Below are positions 29,589-39,652 of a DNA stretch of 64,000 bases, in pieces. The stretch comes from Candidatus Yanofskybacteria bacterium RIFCSPHIGHO2_01_FULL_44_24 (lineage in GTDB: Bacteria > Patescibacteriota > Minisyncoccia > 2-02-FULL-40-12 > GWA2-44-9), in the NCBI GenBank assembly GCA_001794215.1, contig MGJK01000012.1, positions 4,834 to 68,833 of the forward strand, written 5' to 3'. The first letter of the stretch is position 1. Every line of letters starts with the position of its first letter. A program made the position numbers and the translations under genes. Below the pieces are notes generated by a model. The model was given only the letters and a program-made list of their open reading frames with translations, was not told where the DNA came from and ran no database searches.

Positions 29589-30524
29589 TCAGCTGTTTTT
29601 AAGATACCAGTTCAGGGTTTCCTTGAGGCCGTTTTTTAATTTTATCTTAGCCGTAAATCCGAACTCCTTTTTGGCCTTGCTAATATCGATTGCTCTGCGG
29701 GGTTGGCCATCCGGCTTTTCTTTATCCCAGATAATTTTATTTTTGTAGTCCGCCACTTTGGATATAAGTCCCAGTAATTCCTTGATTGAGATTTCTTGCC
29801 CCGATCCGATATTGATCGGTTCCGGTTTATTGTATTTTGCCGTAGCTAAGACTATCGCTTCTGCCGCATCGTCGACATAAAGAAATTCTCGAGTAGCTTT
29901 GCCCGTACCCCATGCCTGAAGGGGCTTATTATTTTTCTTGGCCTCAACTATTTTGCGGACAAGGGCGGCAACAACGTGGCTTGAGGCGGGATCAAAGTTA
30001 TCGCCGGGGCCGTATAGATTCTCGAGGAGAAGGTGTATCGAGTTAAATCCGTATTCCTGTCTGTAGGCTTGGCCTTGTACCAAAACAGCCTTTTTCGCTA
30101 TTCCATAGGGAGCATTGGTTTCTTCGGGGTAGCCCAGCCAGAGATCTTCTTCTTTGAACGGTACGGGAGTAAATTTAGGGTATTCACAAACAGACCCGAT
30201 CATTATAAATTTCTTAACACCGGCCCTATGCGAAGCTTCCATCAGGTTGACTCCCATACTTATATTATCATAAAAGGCCTTTGCCGGATGTTCTTTGTTA
30301 TAGCCTATTCCTCCGACTATTGCTGCGCAATGGATTACGATATCTTGTTCGGCCGTCAGCTTCTCACAGTTGCTTAAGAGTCGTAAGTCGTAATCTTTTG
30401 AGCGGGGGATCGTTATATTTTTTTTCAATACTCCTGCCCGTACTAAGCGATCAGCAACCCGTCTACCCAAAAAACCGGCTCCACCGGTCAGCAATATTTT
30501 TTTATTTTTAAAATAATTATCCAT
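29589..30524 (-). CDS. fcl: GDP-L-fucose synthase family epimerase/reductase (probably ColC role)
   Basis: GGAGFLG, VGGIGYN, GSVCEYPK, NLYGPGDNF, SSHVVAAL, WGTGKATREFL. Confidence 0.88.
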   Translation of the reverse strand: MDNYFKNKKILLTGGAGFLGRRVADRLVRAGVLKKNITIPRSKDYDLRLLSNCEKLTAEQDIVIHCAAIVGGIGYNKEHPAKAFYDNISMGVNLMEASHRAGVKKFIMIGSVCEYPKFTPVPFKEEDLWLGYPEETNAPYGIAKKAVLVQGQAYRQEYGFNSIHLLLENLYGPGDNFDPASSHVVAALVRKIVEAKKNNKPLQAWGTGKATREFLYVDDAAEAIVLATAKYNKPEPINIGSGQEISIKELLGLISKVADYKNKIIWDKEKPDGQPRRAIDISKAKKEFGFTAKIKLKNGLKETLNWYLKNS

Positions 30525-30532
30525 TTTGTTTG

Positions 30533-30976
30533 TTATTTAAATCCCGCTGATGCAAGAACCTCGCGAACGTATTTAGGCCATTGCTTATCTATGCGTGAAA
30601 ACCACTGAATGGTCGAATGCTGGCTATCCGGCCGAGTATTACCCGCTGATTTTATTGTAACGGCGTGTATGATATTAATATTGTGGCAGGGGTACTTGAA
30701 GGCGCTGTCGGGGAAAAATACTTCGTTTACTGTCAGGAAGCGGATCTTTGTAATCACACTTGTCGATAATCCGGTTTCTTCTTTTATTTTACGCATTACA
30801 GCGTTTAATATTTTTTCATTTTTTAAAATTCTTCCACCGGGAAACCACCATTTATTTTTTGCCGGCGCGTTGGCTCTTTTGCCGAGCAAGAATTTGCGCC
30901 GATGGATTAAAATAAACTCCACGCATGTAATGGGCATTGTCTCAACAATTTTCTTGTACGAAGCCTTGCTGATCAT
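30533..30976 (-). CDS. gmm: GDP-mannose mannosyl hydrolase (Nudix)
   Basis: LLGKRANAPAKNKWWFPGGRILKNE...RKIKEETGL, DSQH; gmd/fcl context. Confidence 0.8.
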   Translation of the reverse strand: MISKASYKKIVETMPITCVEFILIHRRKFLLGKRANAPAKNKWWFPGGRILKNEKILNAVMRKIKEETGLSTSVITKIRFLTVNEVFFPDSAFKYPCHNINIIHAVTIKSAGNTRPDSQHSTIQWFSRIDKQWPKYVREVLASAGFK

Positions 30977-30986
30977 TAGCTCTTTG

Positions 30987-32159
30987 TTATCTTACCAACG
31001 CGGTAATTATTTTGAGATCCGAGTTAGTCAGTTCAGGATTATTGCCGAAATAAAATCCATTTCTATGCGCGAATTCGGCATTGGGACAGCTTGATGTTTC
31101 GGTTTGATCCCGATTATGTTTCTTAAAAAATGGCTGAAGAATCATACTGCCGCCGACAATGGGTCGAATTTCAAGTTTATTTTTTAGCTTTTTAACGAGC
31201 CTGTCGTGATCTCCTTGCGAGCGGCATAATACCGGAAAGGCAAAGTTCGAGACCATGTCTATATGGGAGTGGCGCAGAGGAATAAAGGCCCTATTGGCGT
31301 AGATTGTTTTAGCTAACTGAGTAAAGTTTTGATTTCTTTTTTGAATTATTTTATCTATGTGACGGAGCTGTTCGTTGCCCAAGAATCCATTGATTTCTGT
31401 CGGGCGCAAGTTATAGCCCAAATCATAAAATGTATATTGGGCATGGAACTGCTTTACTCTGTGTTTAGCCCTTAATTCCTCTTTTTCTTCCTCTTCTAAG
31501 TGTCTATCCCAACCGTGGGCTCGGACTATTCTGAGCATTTTAGCCAAGTCTTTATCGTCAGTGCAGACCGCCCCGCCCTCTATAGTTGACATATGATGAC
31601 CTACGAAGAAGGAAAAGGTACTGGCTAATCCAAAATTTCCTAACTTCTTACCCTTATATACAGTACCCAGGGCTTCACAATTATCCTCGATTAGGATCAT
31701 ATTTTGGTCTTGGCAGATTTTCTTTATTTGGTCTATGTCGTGGCAAAAACCGAGAAGGTTCGTTATAAAGAGTGCTTTTAGACCTTTGTTTTTTAGGGAC
31801 TCAGTTACTTTCTTGCTGGATATATTCAGAGTATCCAGTTCAATGTCTATGGGTACGGGCCTTAGTCCAAGCTGGATCAGCGGCATTACGTTGGTAGCCC
31901 AAGTTAAAGCAGAGAAACCGACCTCGTTGCCCGGCTTTAGTTGGCCGGAGTTCAATAGTGCCTGAATAAGCGCCAAGTTAGCCGAGCTGCCGCTGTTAAA
32001 GAAGATACAGTACTTTCTACCCTGGTACTCGGCGAAATTCTTTTCAAATTTTTCACATTCCGGTCCGAAGCTTAGTTGACTGGTTCGGCCGATGAAGTTA
32101 GTGAGCTTATCTTTTGTCTCTCTCTCCCGGTAGAAGGTAGATTTTATCAGTTTAATCAT
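30987..32159 (-). CDS. colD: PLP-dependent GDP-4-keto-6-deoxy-D-mannose 3-dehydratase-like
   Basis: [30 protein letters not shown] (His where aminotransferases have Lys), RAHGWDR. Confidence 0.75.
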   Translation of the reverse strand: MIKLIKSTFYRERETKDKLTNFIGRTSQLSFGPECEKFEKNFAEYQGRKYCIFFNSGSSANLALIQALLNSGQLKPGNEVGFSALTWATNVMPLIQLGLRPVPIDIELDTLNISSKKVTESLKNKGLKALFITNLLGFCHDIDQIKKICQDQNMILIEDNCEALGTVYKGKKLGNFGLASTFSFFVGHHMSTIEGGAVCTDDKDLAKMLRIVRAHGWDRHLEEEEKEELRAKHRVKQFHAQYTFYDLGYNLRPTEINGFLGNEQLRHIDKIIQKRNQNFTQLAKTIYANRAFIPLRHSHIDMVSNFAFPVLCRSQGDHDRLVKKLKNKLEIRPIVGGSMILQPFFKKHNRDQTETSSCPNAEFAHRNGFYFGNNPELTNSDLKIITALVR

Positions 32160-33178
32160 ATTTTTATTCCTTCATTTCTTAGATCCGCCTCTACCATGAT
32201 TCTAACCAAGTCTTCAAATTTAGTTTTGGGCTTCCAGCCAAGAATCTTCGTTGCCTTAGTCGGATCGGCCTTAAGGACATTAACTTCTGTTGGCCGATAA
32301 TAGCGCGGATCAATCTCGATGTATTTTTTGTAGCTACCGAGACCCGCCACTTGGAAGGCGAGCTTCACGAATTCTTTTACCGAATGAGTTTCTCCGGTCC
32401 CTATGACATAGTCGTCTGGTTTGTTTTGCTGAAGCATTAGCCACATTGCTTCGCAATATTCAGGAGCATAACCCCAGTCTCTTTTGGCCTCCAGATTGCC
32501 TAAATATATCTTCTTATCTTTTCCGGCTACGATTCGAGCTATGCCCCGGGTTATTTTTTTGGTCACAAAAGTTCCTCCTCGTCGGGGGCTTTCATGATTA
32601 AATAGTATTCCATTGGAGGCGAATATATTGTAGGCCTCCCTGTAATTTACGGTTGTGTTGTAGGCAAAAACCTTGGCGACAGCATAAGGACTTCTGGGAT
32701 GAAAAGATGTATTTTCGTTTTGCGGCGGAGGAGCGGAACCGAACATTTCAGAACTGGATGCTTGGTAGAACTTCACTTTTTGTCCGGTGTCATGTTGGTA
32801 GTCCTTGATTGCTTCTAAGATTCTGAGAGTTCCAAGGCCGGTTATGTCTGCTGTGTATTCCGGAATATCGAAAGATACCCTCACATGAGATTGCGCACCC
32901 AAATTGTATATTTCCTGGGGCTTGATTGAGTAGAGCAGTCTCCTTATAGTATTTGAATCCGCCAAGTCCCCATAATGAATTATTAATTTTGGCTTCTTCT
33001 CGTGAATATCTTTGAGTATGTGTTCTACGCGTCCGGTAATGAAAGTACTGGAGCGTCGCATGATTCCATGAACCTCGTATCCTTTTTCAAGTAAAAATTC
33101 AGCTAAGTATGAGCCGTCTTGTCCGGTAATCCCAGTTATTAGAGCCACCTTGGCTTTCTGGTTTTTCTTCAAATTCAT
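32156..33178 (-). CDS. gmd: GDP-mannose 4,6-dehydratase
   Basis: [47 protein letters not shown]. Confidence 0.95.
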   Translation of the reverse strand: MNLKKNQKAKVALITGITGQDGSYLAEFLLEKGYEVHGIMRRSSTFITGRVEHILKDIHEKKPKLIIHYGDLADSNTIRRLLYSIKPQEIYNLGAQSHVRVSFDIPEYTADITGLGTLRILEAIKDYQHDTGQKVKFYQASSSEMFGSAPPPQNENTSFHPRSPYAVAKVFAYNTTVNYREAYNIFASNGILFNHESPRRGGTFVTKKITRGIARIVAGKDKKIYLGNLEAKRDWGYAPEYCEAMWLMLQQNKPDDYVIGTGETHSVKEFVKLAFQVAGLGSYKKYIEIDPRYYRPTEVNVLKADPTKATKILGWKPKTKFEDLVRIMVEADLRNEGIKI

Positions 33179-33269
33179 AGCTAAATTTATATCAAATTTT
33201 AACGTCTTAGTAAAGTTGTTTACGTGCTATGGCCATTGCTGTATCATTTAAGCTATAATTGTCAAAATA

Positions 33270-34034
33270 ATGAATAAATCAAACCAAGATCAAATTAACG
33301 CTACTTGGCGGGATGCTTGGGTAAAAGAGCGGGGGGTTTCGGGTAAGAAGATCTTAGGAAGCCGATTGTCCGTCGAAAGCTATAAAGTCGTCAAGAAATA
33401 TATTCCGGCCGATGTCGGTTCAATTTTGGAAATAGGGACGGGGAGCGGGAGGTTTGCCGTAAGATTTGCTCAGGATTTTCCGAAAGCAAGAGTCGTGGCT
33501 ACGGATATTCTGGAGGAATCTCTTTCCGAGGTCCGGAAGCTATCAAGCGAGCTTGGAGTGGGCAATGTCGAGACAAAACAGGAAGATATTTTCGGACTAT
33601 CATTTTCTGACGGAAGTTTTGATGTGGTTTTTTGTGATGCGGTGATCCAGCATTTACCCGAGTATGAGTCGGCAGTTAAAGAAATGGTCCGAGCGGTTAA
33701 GCCGGGAGGACTGCTGATTGTTTCGGTGGTTAACTTCTGGAATCCCCATACTTTCAATAAATTTCTTCTCGGGAAAAAGTACGAGTATGGCTTTGAAAAA
33801 TCTTTTACCCGTCGAGAGCTTAGGGATATTTTTAAAAAATATGGATTAAGCATTGCGGGAGAGGATGGATTTTATCCGGCTTATGGGATCGCAAGACTTA
33901 AGCGGCGCTATCGGATCTTCGGGCCTATCAGCGGAATTGCCGATAAAGTAGTCAGATTATCTGATAAAGTTTCTAACCGGTTCGTATCGAGGTATTTTGG
34001 ATTCGAGATTCTTATTGTAGGCCGGAAGGTTTAA
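33270..34034 (+). CDS. Class I SAM methyltransferase
   Basis: ILEIGTGSG, FDVVFC, EMVRAVKPGG. Confidence 0.88.
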   Translation: MNKSNQDQINATWRDAWVKERGVSGKKILGSRLSVESYKVVKKYIPADVGSILEIGTGSGRFAVRFAQDFPKARVVATDILEESLSEVRKLSSELGVGNVETKQEDIFGLSFSDGSFDVVFCDAVIQHLPEYESAVKEMVRAVKPGGLLIVSVVNFWNPHTFNKFLLGKKYEYGFEKSFTRRELRDIFKKYGLSIAGEDGFYPAYGIARLKRRYRIFGPISGIADKVVRLSDKVSNRFVSRYFGFEILIVGRKV

Positions 34035-34066
34035 AACAGGATTTGTCTGAAAGCGATAAACAGAAG

Positions 34067-34391
34067 TAATGAGGGCGCGGCATAAAGTCACTCCGCCTTG
34101 GCTTATTCGAGGCACGCCAATAAATTCCGCTCGCCCCTTATCTATCTTCAGCACGCCTCCGTCCCGCCAGCGACGGGACTCAGCTATGTTCGCCCCGCCC
34201 CTTCAGAACCATGCAAGGGGCGGGGTCTCAAATGCTTCAGATAGACAAGGGGCTTCGCCTTAGTTTTTCGTAAATCCCTTCAATAGGTTAAAGCCTCGCT
34301 TAAGGTTTTAAATAGAAGCCTGCGCAAATCTCCCAATATGCCGGCCGGGGCTTCGCTTAAAGTTGGTTTTGTAAATTCCTTATAGGGTTAA
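34067..34391. ncRNA. Putative structured intergenic RNA or repeat element
   Basis: Nested stems 34141-34153/34233-34245, 34161-34166/34174-34179, 34193-34203/34215-34225, 34095-34100/34108-34113; imperfect direct repeats 34249-34291 and 34347-34391. Confidence 0.4.
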
Positions 34392-34475
34392 CTAATCTAC
34401 CCTCGGTAGCTATCGTTGATTTAATTAATTATTTCCTGTAACATCACAATGAATAAATCGGGAGGAGCTTAAACC

Positions 34476-35738
34476 ATGAAAATACCCAATCATGATGCGC
34501 CAATCGGCAGGATGGACCGATGTCAGATATGCGGCTCGGCCAACCTTTTTGAGGGTATAGATTTAGGCCATCAACCTCCCTGCGATGCTCTTTTAACAAA
34601 TAAAACGATCAACGAGCCGGAGATTTATTATCCTTTGCGCCTAATGATATGTTCCGACTGTGGACTCGGTCAGCTTGACCATGTCGTGGACGGGAAAATC
34701 ATTTATCCCGCCGACTATCCTTATAGGGCCGGAATTTCAAAGCCTTTACGGGATTATCTGCTGACTTATGCCGATGATGTGGTTACGCGGTTGAATGTTC
34801 CGCAGAAGGCCCTATGCGTTGATATAGGCTGTAATGACGGGACATTGCTCACCGGATTTCGGTCCCATGGCATGCGTACGCTTGGCGTTGAGCCGACAGA
34901 TATGGCCAAATACGCCCGGAAAGAAAACAAAATCACAACTTTGCAGGAGTTTTTCACTGAAGGCGTTGCCCGACAAGCAGTTAAAGAATACGGGAAAGCT
35001 AAGGTGGCAACAATGACCAATGTTTTTGCTCATATGGCTCCGTTGGGTAAAGTGATGCGCGGTATCGACAGACTACTGGATAAAGACGGAATGTTTGTTA
35101 CCGAGAGCCAGTATCTTCTTGATGTCTTGGATCGCAATCAGTTCGACCAGGTTTATCATGAGCATATCAGGTTATATAGCCTGAAGTCGCTGACCAAGCT
35201 GTTCCCGTATTATGGAATGGAAGTTTTCGATGCCGAGAAGCTCTCTTCCCGCGAAGGAAGCATCCGTGTTTATGTGGCGCGTAAAGGTGTGCGTCCGGTC
35301 AGTTCGAGGGTGGGCAACCTGCTTGCTCTTGAAGAAAGTCGGGGGCTGTTTGTGCCAGCGGTCTGGGCTCAGTTCCGGGCTCGGGTTAGTGAATGTCGTG
35401 AAAGATTTCTCGATTTAGCCTATAAGGCCAAGAACCAGGGGTTGAGATTTGTTGCCGATTCTTGTCCCGGACGCGGTGCGGTCTTGGTTAATTATTACGG
35501 TTTAGATAAAACCCTGATGCCATACATAGCTCAGCTTCCGGAGTCAGAAAAGGTTGGAAGGTATCTTCCCGGCACCCATATTCCTATCGTGGCTAACGGC
35601 ATTATTCTAAAAGAGAAGCCGGACTATGTGGTCATTCTCGCATGGCATTACGCCGATTTCATCATGAAGAATTGGCGAGCCAAGGGCCTGAAGTCGAAGT
35701 TTGTTATTCCGCTTCCGGATCCGAGGGTTATAAGTTAA
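34476..35738 (+). CDS. NDP-hexose C-methyltransferase (intact)
   Basis: CQICGS, DIGCNDG, YHEHIRLYS, EGSIR, VILAWHY. Confidence 0.88.
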   Translation: MKIPNHDAPIGRMDRCQICGSANLFEGIDLGHQPPCDALLTNKTINEPEIYYPLRLMICSDCGLGQLDHVVDGKIIYPADYPYRAGISKPLRDYLLTYADDVVTRLNVPQKALCVDIGCNDGTLLTGFRSHGMRTLGVEPTDMAKYARKENKITTLQEFFTEGVARQAVKEYGKAKVATMTNVFAHMAPLGKVMRGIDRLLDKDGMFVTESQYLLDVLDRNQFDQVYHEHIRLYSLKSLTKLFPYYGMEVFDAEKLSSREGSIRVYVARKGVRPVSSRVGNLLALEESRGLFVPAVWAQFRARVSECRERFLDLAYKAKNQGLRFVADSCPGRGAVLVNYYGLDKTLMPYIAQLPESEKVGRYLPGTHIPIVANGIILKEKPDYVVILAWHYADFIMKNWRAKGLKSKFVIPLPDPRVIS

Positions 35739-35752
35739 TTAAAGTGTCCCCC

Positions 35753-35779
35753 AAGAGCAGACTGATTAGTCTGCTCTTT
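35753..35779 (+). terminator. Intrinsic terminator
   Basis: AAGAGCAGACT-GATT-AGTCTGCTCTT followed by T. Confidence 0.7.
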
Positions 35780-35906
35780 GATTTGTCGGGTAGTGAATGT
35801 TTGAGATGCAATTTTCTAAAGAAAATTGCCACGGCAAAGCCACTCAAACATCTACTACCTGACGATTTGAAAAAGCATGTATTTAGGGTATATTAACCAT
35901 AGGATC

Positions 35907-36052
35907 AAATCCGAATAGCGAAACAAGAAATTCGAAACAAACAATAAGCCCGAAGCTTTTAGAGGGTGGCCGGTGGGCGTGCGGGGTATTCAAATGTTTG
36001 GAGTTTCGATCTTCGATATTGTTTCGTATTTCGAAATTCTAATTTCTAATTT
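35907..36052 (+). repeat. Type C heptamer-repeat palindromic element (gene-less)
   Basis: Left AAATCCGAATAGCGAAACAAGAAATTCGAAACAA, right TTCGATATTGTTTCGTATTTCGAAATTCTAATTTCTAATTT; ends 6 nt before ATG 36059. Confidence 0.75.
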
Positions 36053-36058
36053 AAGTAG

Positions 36059-37156
36059 ATGATACCCTTTTTGGATCTAAAAAGTTTGAATGCTCCAATG
36101 AAGAAAGAACTCATGAAGGCTATTGAGAATGTTTTTGATTCCGGCTGGTATATCTTGGGCAGACAGTTAATCTTATTCGAAAAAGAATTTGCCAAGTACT
36201 GTGGAACCAGATATGCGGTAGGGGTGGGCAACGGACTCGATGCGCTCATTCTGATTTTTCGTGCCTACAAAGAAATGGGAATCATGAGAGAGGGCGATGA
36301 GGTCATCGTTCCGGCCAATACCTACATTGCCAGCATACTTGCCGTTACTGAAAACAGGCTCAAGCCGGTTTTAGTTGAGCCTGATCTGGCGACGTACAAC
36401 ATCGATCCGGATCTGATTGAGGAGAAGATCACCGATAAGACAAGAGCGATCATGGTGGTGCACCTGTATGGACGGGTCGGATATTCGGATAAAATTCGAA
36501 AAATTGCTGATAAATATAATCTAAAAGTAATTGAAGACGGAGCTCAGTCTCACGGCGCCGAGTACAAGGGGAGAAAATCTGGAAATTTGGGAGATGCCGC
36601 CGGACACAGCCTGTACCCTTCAAAACCCTTTGGTGCCTTAGGTGATGCGGGGGTTGTGACCACTAACGATCCTAAGTTGGCGGAGGTGGTCAGCGCTATA
36701 AGAAATTACGGGAGCTATAAAAAATACTACAACCGTTACAAGGGCGTTAATAGCCGTTTAGATGAACTGCAAGCCGCGGTTCTTTCGGTTAAGTTAAAAT
36801 ATTTAGACAAAGATAATGACGAGCGCAGGAAAATAGCCGACCTTTATCTGGAGAGTATTAAAAATAAAAAGATTGCCCTACCTCAAGTTAAAGATAAGAA
36901 ATCCCATGTCTGGCATCTTTTCGCTATCAGAGCAAAAGACAGAGAGCAATTTGCCGAGCATATGCTGAAGAAGGGGATCGAAACCCTCATTCATTACCCG
37001 GTCCCGCCCCACAAACAGGAGGCATTTAAAGAATGGAAGAGTCAAAAGTATCCGATAACCGAAGAGATACATGATACGGTTATCAGCTTGCCCCTTTATG
37101 GAACGATGACTAAAAGGCAGATAGAACAGGTGATTGAGGCGTGCAACGCATTCTAA
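36059..37156 (+). CDS. DegT/DnrJ/EryC1/StrS sugar aminotransferase (FdtB/QdtB-like)
   Basis: [43 protein letters not shown]. Confidence 0.92.
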   Translation: MIPFLDLKSLNAPMKKELMKAIENVFDSGWYILGRQLILFEKEFAKYCGTRYAVGVGNGLDALILIFRAYKEMGIMREGDEVIVPANTYIASILAVTENRLKPVLVEPDLATYNIDPDLIEEKITDKTRAIMVVHLYGRVGYSDKIRKIADKYNLKVIEDGAQSHGAEYKGRKSGNLGDAAGHSLYPSKPFGALGDAGVVTTNDPKLAEVVSAIRNYGSYKKYYNRYKGVNSRLDELQAAVLSVKLKYLDKDNDERRKIADLYLESIKNKKIALPQVKDKKSHVWHLFAIRAKDREQFAEHMLKKGIETLIHYPVPPHKQEAFKEWKSQKYPITEEIHDTVISLPLYGTMTKRQIEQVIEACNAF

Positions 37157-37270
37157 TTCTAATGAAAAATTCAAAAATCAAAGTGTAAAATTATTGTAAC
37201 CCGTAAAACCCCTTGATTTTTACGGGTATCCTGAATTTTTAATTTTGATATTTACATTTTAAATTTTGGT
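37157..37270 (+). repeat. Type A heptamer-repeat palindromic element
   Basis: Fills the whole stop-to-ATG gap; inner stem ACCCGTAAAA(37199-37208)/TTTTACGGGT(37218-37227). Confidence 0.85.
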
Positions 37271-38224
37271 ATGAAGAAGATAGCATTTGTTGTCGGAGTT
37301 TTTCCAGCCGTGTCTGAAACCTGGATGATCAATCAAGTCGCCGGTGCTTTAGATCGGGGTTTTGACGTGGATATTTATTCTTTTGAACGTCAGGACGAAA
37401 AGAATGTGTCCGATGTTTATCGTAAATATAAAATGTCTGAGCGGACGAGGTATATAGGGATGCCCGAGAACAAAATCGTAAGAATCGCTTTGGCTCTGCC
37501 GAAAATTATCAGACTTTTGTTAGTTTCTCCGGGAACTTTATTCAAAAGTTTGAATGTCGGGGAATACGGCCGGAATGCCCTATCTCTGAAATTTCTTTTC
37601 TGGTCTGAAGCTTTTGCCGGCAAAAAATACGATCTTATCCATCTCCATGACGGAGTTATAGCCGCTCGGTTTTTGACCATAAGAGATATAGCCGGAATCA
37701 AGGGTAAACTGCTGACCTCCTTCTATGGACAGGACGTGAGCCGGAGGGTAAAAGAAAATCCTCATATTTACGACAGGCTCAAGAAGACTGATTCGGAGTT
37801 TATCGTCATGTCGGATTATATGAGAAAACGCGTAGTAGATATGGGGTTTGACGAAAAAAGAGTTCACACCGTGTCGATATTCGGGATTGATGTTGACGCG
37901 CATCCGTTTAAGGAGAGGACAATTTCTCCCGGCGAGACATTCGAAATTGCGGCGATGGGCCGGTTTGTGGAGAAAAAGGGATTTGACGACATTCTAAGGG
38001 CCTTAGCCATCGTAAAGCAGAAGGCGAATAGGAAGTTTCATTTCAGTTTTATCGGAGGCGGAGAACTTGATCAAAAGCTTAGAAAAATGACCACAGACCT
38101 CGATTTGGATGATGTCGTCTCTTATAAAGGATACATGAAGATAGAAGATGCAATGAAATATTTAATGGGTATGCATCTGTACCTTCAGCCGTCAAAGATG
38201 GCGTCTGACGGAGACCAGGAATAA
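37271..38224 (+). CDS. WcaL-like GT4 glycosyltransferase, N-terminal part (ends ...SDGDQE)
   Basis: FPAVSETW, SFYGQDVS, MGRFVEKKG, QPSKMASDGDQE-stop. Confidence 0.8.
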   Translation: MKKIAFVVGVFPAVSETWMINQVAGALDRGFDVDIYSFERQDEKNVSDVYRKYKMSERTRYIGMPENKIVRIALALPKIIRLLLVSPGTLFKSLNVGEYGRNALSLKFLFWSEAFAGKKYDLIHLHDGVIAARFLTIRDIAGIKGKLLTSFYGQDVSRRVKENPHIYDRLKKTDSEFIVMSDYMRKRVVDMGFDEKRVHTVSIFGIDVDAHPFKERTISPGETFEIAAMGRFVEKKGFDDILRALAIVKQKANRKFHFSFIGGGELDQKLRKMTTDLDLDDVVSYKGYMKIEDAMKYLMGMHLYLQPSKMASDGDQE

Positions 38225-38338
38225 CCTAATGAAAAATTTAAAAATCAAAATGTAAAATTATTGTAACTCGCGAAATTAACCGACTTTTGCGAGTATCCTT
38301 AATTTTTAACTTTGATCTTTACATTTTAAACTTTTTAG
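38225..38338 (+). repeat. Type A heptamer-repeat palindromic element inside the split GT4
   Basis: Close relative of 37157-37270; inner stem ACTCGCGAAA(38266-38275)/TTTTGCGAGT(38285-38294). Confidence 0.85.
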
Positions 38339-38617
38339 ATGACCACTTCTGTCCTACAAGCCCTTGCTACCGGTCTTCCATGCATCACCACTAATCACGG
38401 TGCCTTTAACGAGCAGATAGTTGATGGCAAAAACGGTTTTATGGTTCCGGAAGGAGATTATATGGCATTAGCCGAGAAGGTACTGTATTGCATGGATCAT
38501 CCGGAGCTATGGCCCGGTTTTGGTCGTTTTGGCAGACAACAGGTTCGGGATCGCTTTGATCTAAATTCTCTAATGGATAGGCAAGTTCAAATTTATAATA
38601 ACCTTTTAAGTAAATAA
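38339..38617 (+). CDS. WcaL-like GT4 glycosyltransferase, C-terminal part
   Basis: MTTSVLQALATGLPCITTNHGAFNEQIVDGKNGFMVPEGD continues the GT4 fold from just after the first catalytic Glu. Confidence 0.75.
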   Translation: MTTSVLQALATGLPCITTNHGAFNEQIVDGKNGFMVPEGDYMALAEKVLYCMDHPELWPGFGRFGRQQVRDRFDLNSLMDRQVQIYNNLLSK

Positions 38618-38619
38618 TT

Positions 38620-39618
38620 ATGGACGAGGTTAATATTTTAAAAAAATATATTGCTGAAATGGAATCTTTACCTTGTAATCTTTGCGGTAAAAATGAGACT
38701 CAAATTATTTGCGGCAAAGAAAGATTCGGCCTGGATATAAATACGGTTGTCTGCAAAAATTGCGGTTTAATTTATTTAAACCCCCGACCGGCCAAAGGAC
38801 AATATGAAGAAATGAATCGGGCCGATTACAGGATTGCGGTTGACGGGACAGATGCGGGTAATAATAAGTTATTCCAAAATCAATACAATTATTTTTTTAA
38901 AAATGCCGCCTTACTATGTCGGAAGAATATTGGTTTTCAGCCTCAAAGTATTCTCGATGTAGGGTGCAGTTGCGGCGGGGCCTTAAAATGTTTAGGCGAA
39001 ATTTATCCTTCGGCAAAATTGTACGGACTTGAACCGATAGTAAAGCACGCCGAATATACAAAGGAAAAGACCGGAGCAGAGGTGTATACCGGAATTTTAG
39101 AGAACTGGAACCCGGGCAAAAAATTTGATGTCATACTATTCTCCAAGGCGCTCAACCATACCTTGGATCCCAGGGGAAATTTGGAAAAAATAAAAAGCTT
39201 GTTATCTGAACGGGGGGTCTTGATCTTAATTATTCATGACCCGATGAACCCTTTATTGGCTTATCCGATAGAATATGTTTCAGAGATTTTGCATCCCTTC
39301 ATGTTTTATAGGGAGTCCATCAAATATTTTCTGGACCAAGTCGGATTTAACATCATTAATTACCGGGACGGCAGATATGTAAGTCCGTCAGGGAGAGAGA
39401 TGAGGAAGTTAAAATTTCCTAAAATGATTATATTTGCAAGAAGCGGACGGATAGGAAGCAATAAAACCGTAAAACCGAATTACCTCGAAACGCTAAAAAT
39501 GATCGCCGACAACAGCAGTATAAGGTTAAAATATGGACACATATATCATCGATGGCAATCTCCTAACTTAGCGATGAGGTTTTATCGGAAAGGTCTTAAA
39601 ATGATTGGATTGTGGTAA
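38620..39618 (+). CDS. Class I SAM methyltransferase with N-terminal Zn-ribbon
   Basis: CNLCG...CKNCGLIYLNPRP, ILDVGCSCG, LNHTLDP. Confidence 0.85.
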   Translation: MDEVNILKKYIAEMESLPCNLCGKNETQIICGKERFGLDINTVVCKNCGLIYLNPRPAKGQYEEMNRADYRIAVDGTDAGNNKLFQNQYNYFFKNAALLCRKNIGFQPQSILDVGCSCGGALKCLGEIYPSAKLYGLEPIVKHAEYTKEKTGAEVYTGILENWNPGKKFDVILFSKALNHTLDPRGNLEKIKSLLSERGVLILIIHDPMNPLLAYPIEYVSEILHPFMFYRESIKYFLDQVGFNIINYRDGRYVSPSGREMRKLKFPKMIIFARSGRIGSNKTVKPNYLETLKMIADNSSIRLKYGHIYHRWQSPNLAMRFYRKGLKMIGLW

Positions 39619-39652
39619 GTTTTTGAAGCTTCGCCTAAAACAGTCCCATGGT

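Noticed and set aside
30987-32159. Perosamine synthase (per/rfbE)
   Set aside because: It lacks the catalytic Lys motif; His in [10 protein letters not shown] indicates a dehydratase.
34069-34263. 64-aa ORF or tRNA in the structured intergenic region
   Set aside because: No protein motif and the composition follows the hairpins. No T-loop/D-loop consensus or acceptor stem for a tRNA.
38225-38338. Group I/II intron or T4 gene 60-type hop with matched codons
   Set aside because: At 114 nt it has no recognisable catalytic core. An in-frame TAG sits directly before the ATG and there is no matching GAA landing codon after it. Other mechanisms remain open.
38219-38341. Stop-codon recoding (UGA=Gly, code 25) or selenocysteine explaining the split GT
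   Set aside because: The stops are TAA and TAG, not TGA, and TGA ends several clearly complete genes (e.g. 9468, 44504, 54475).
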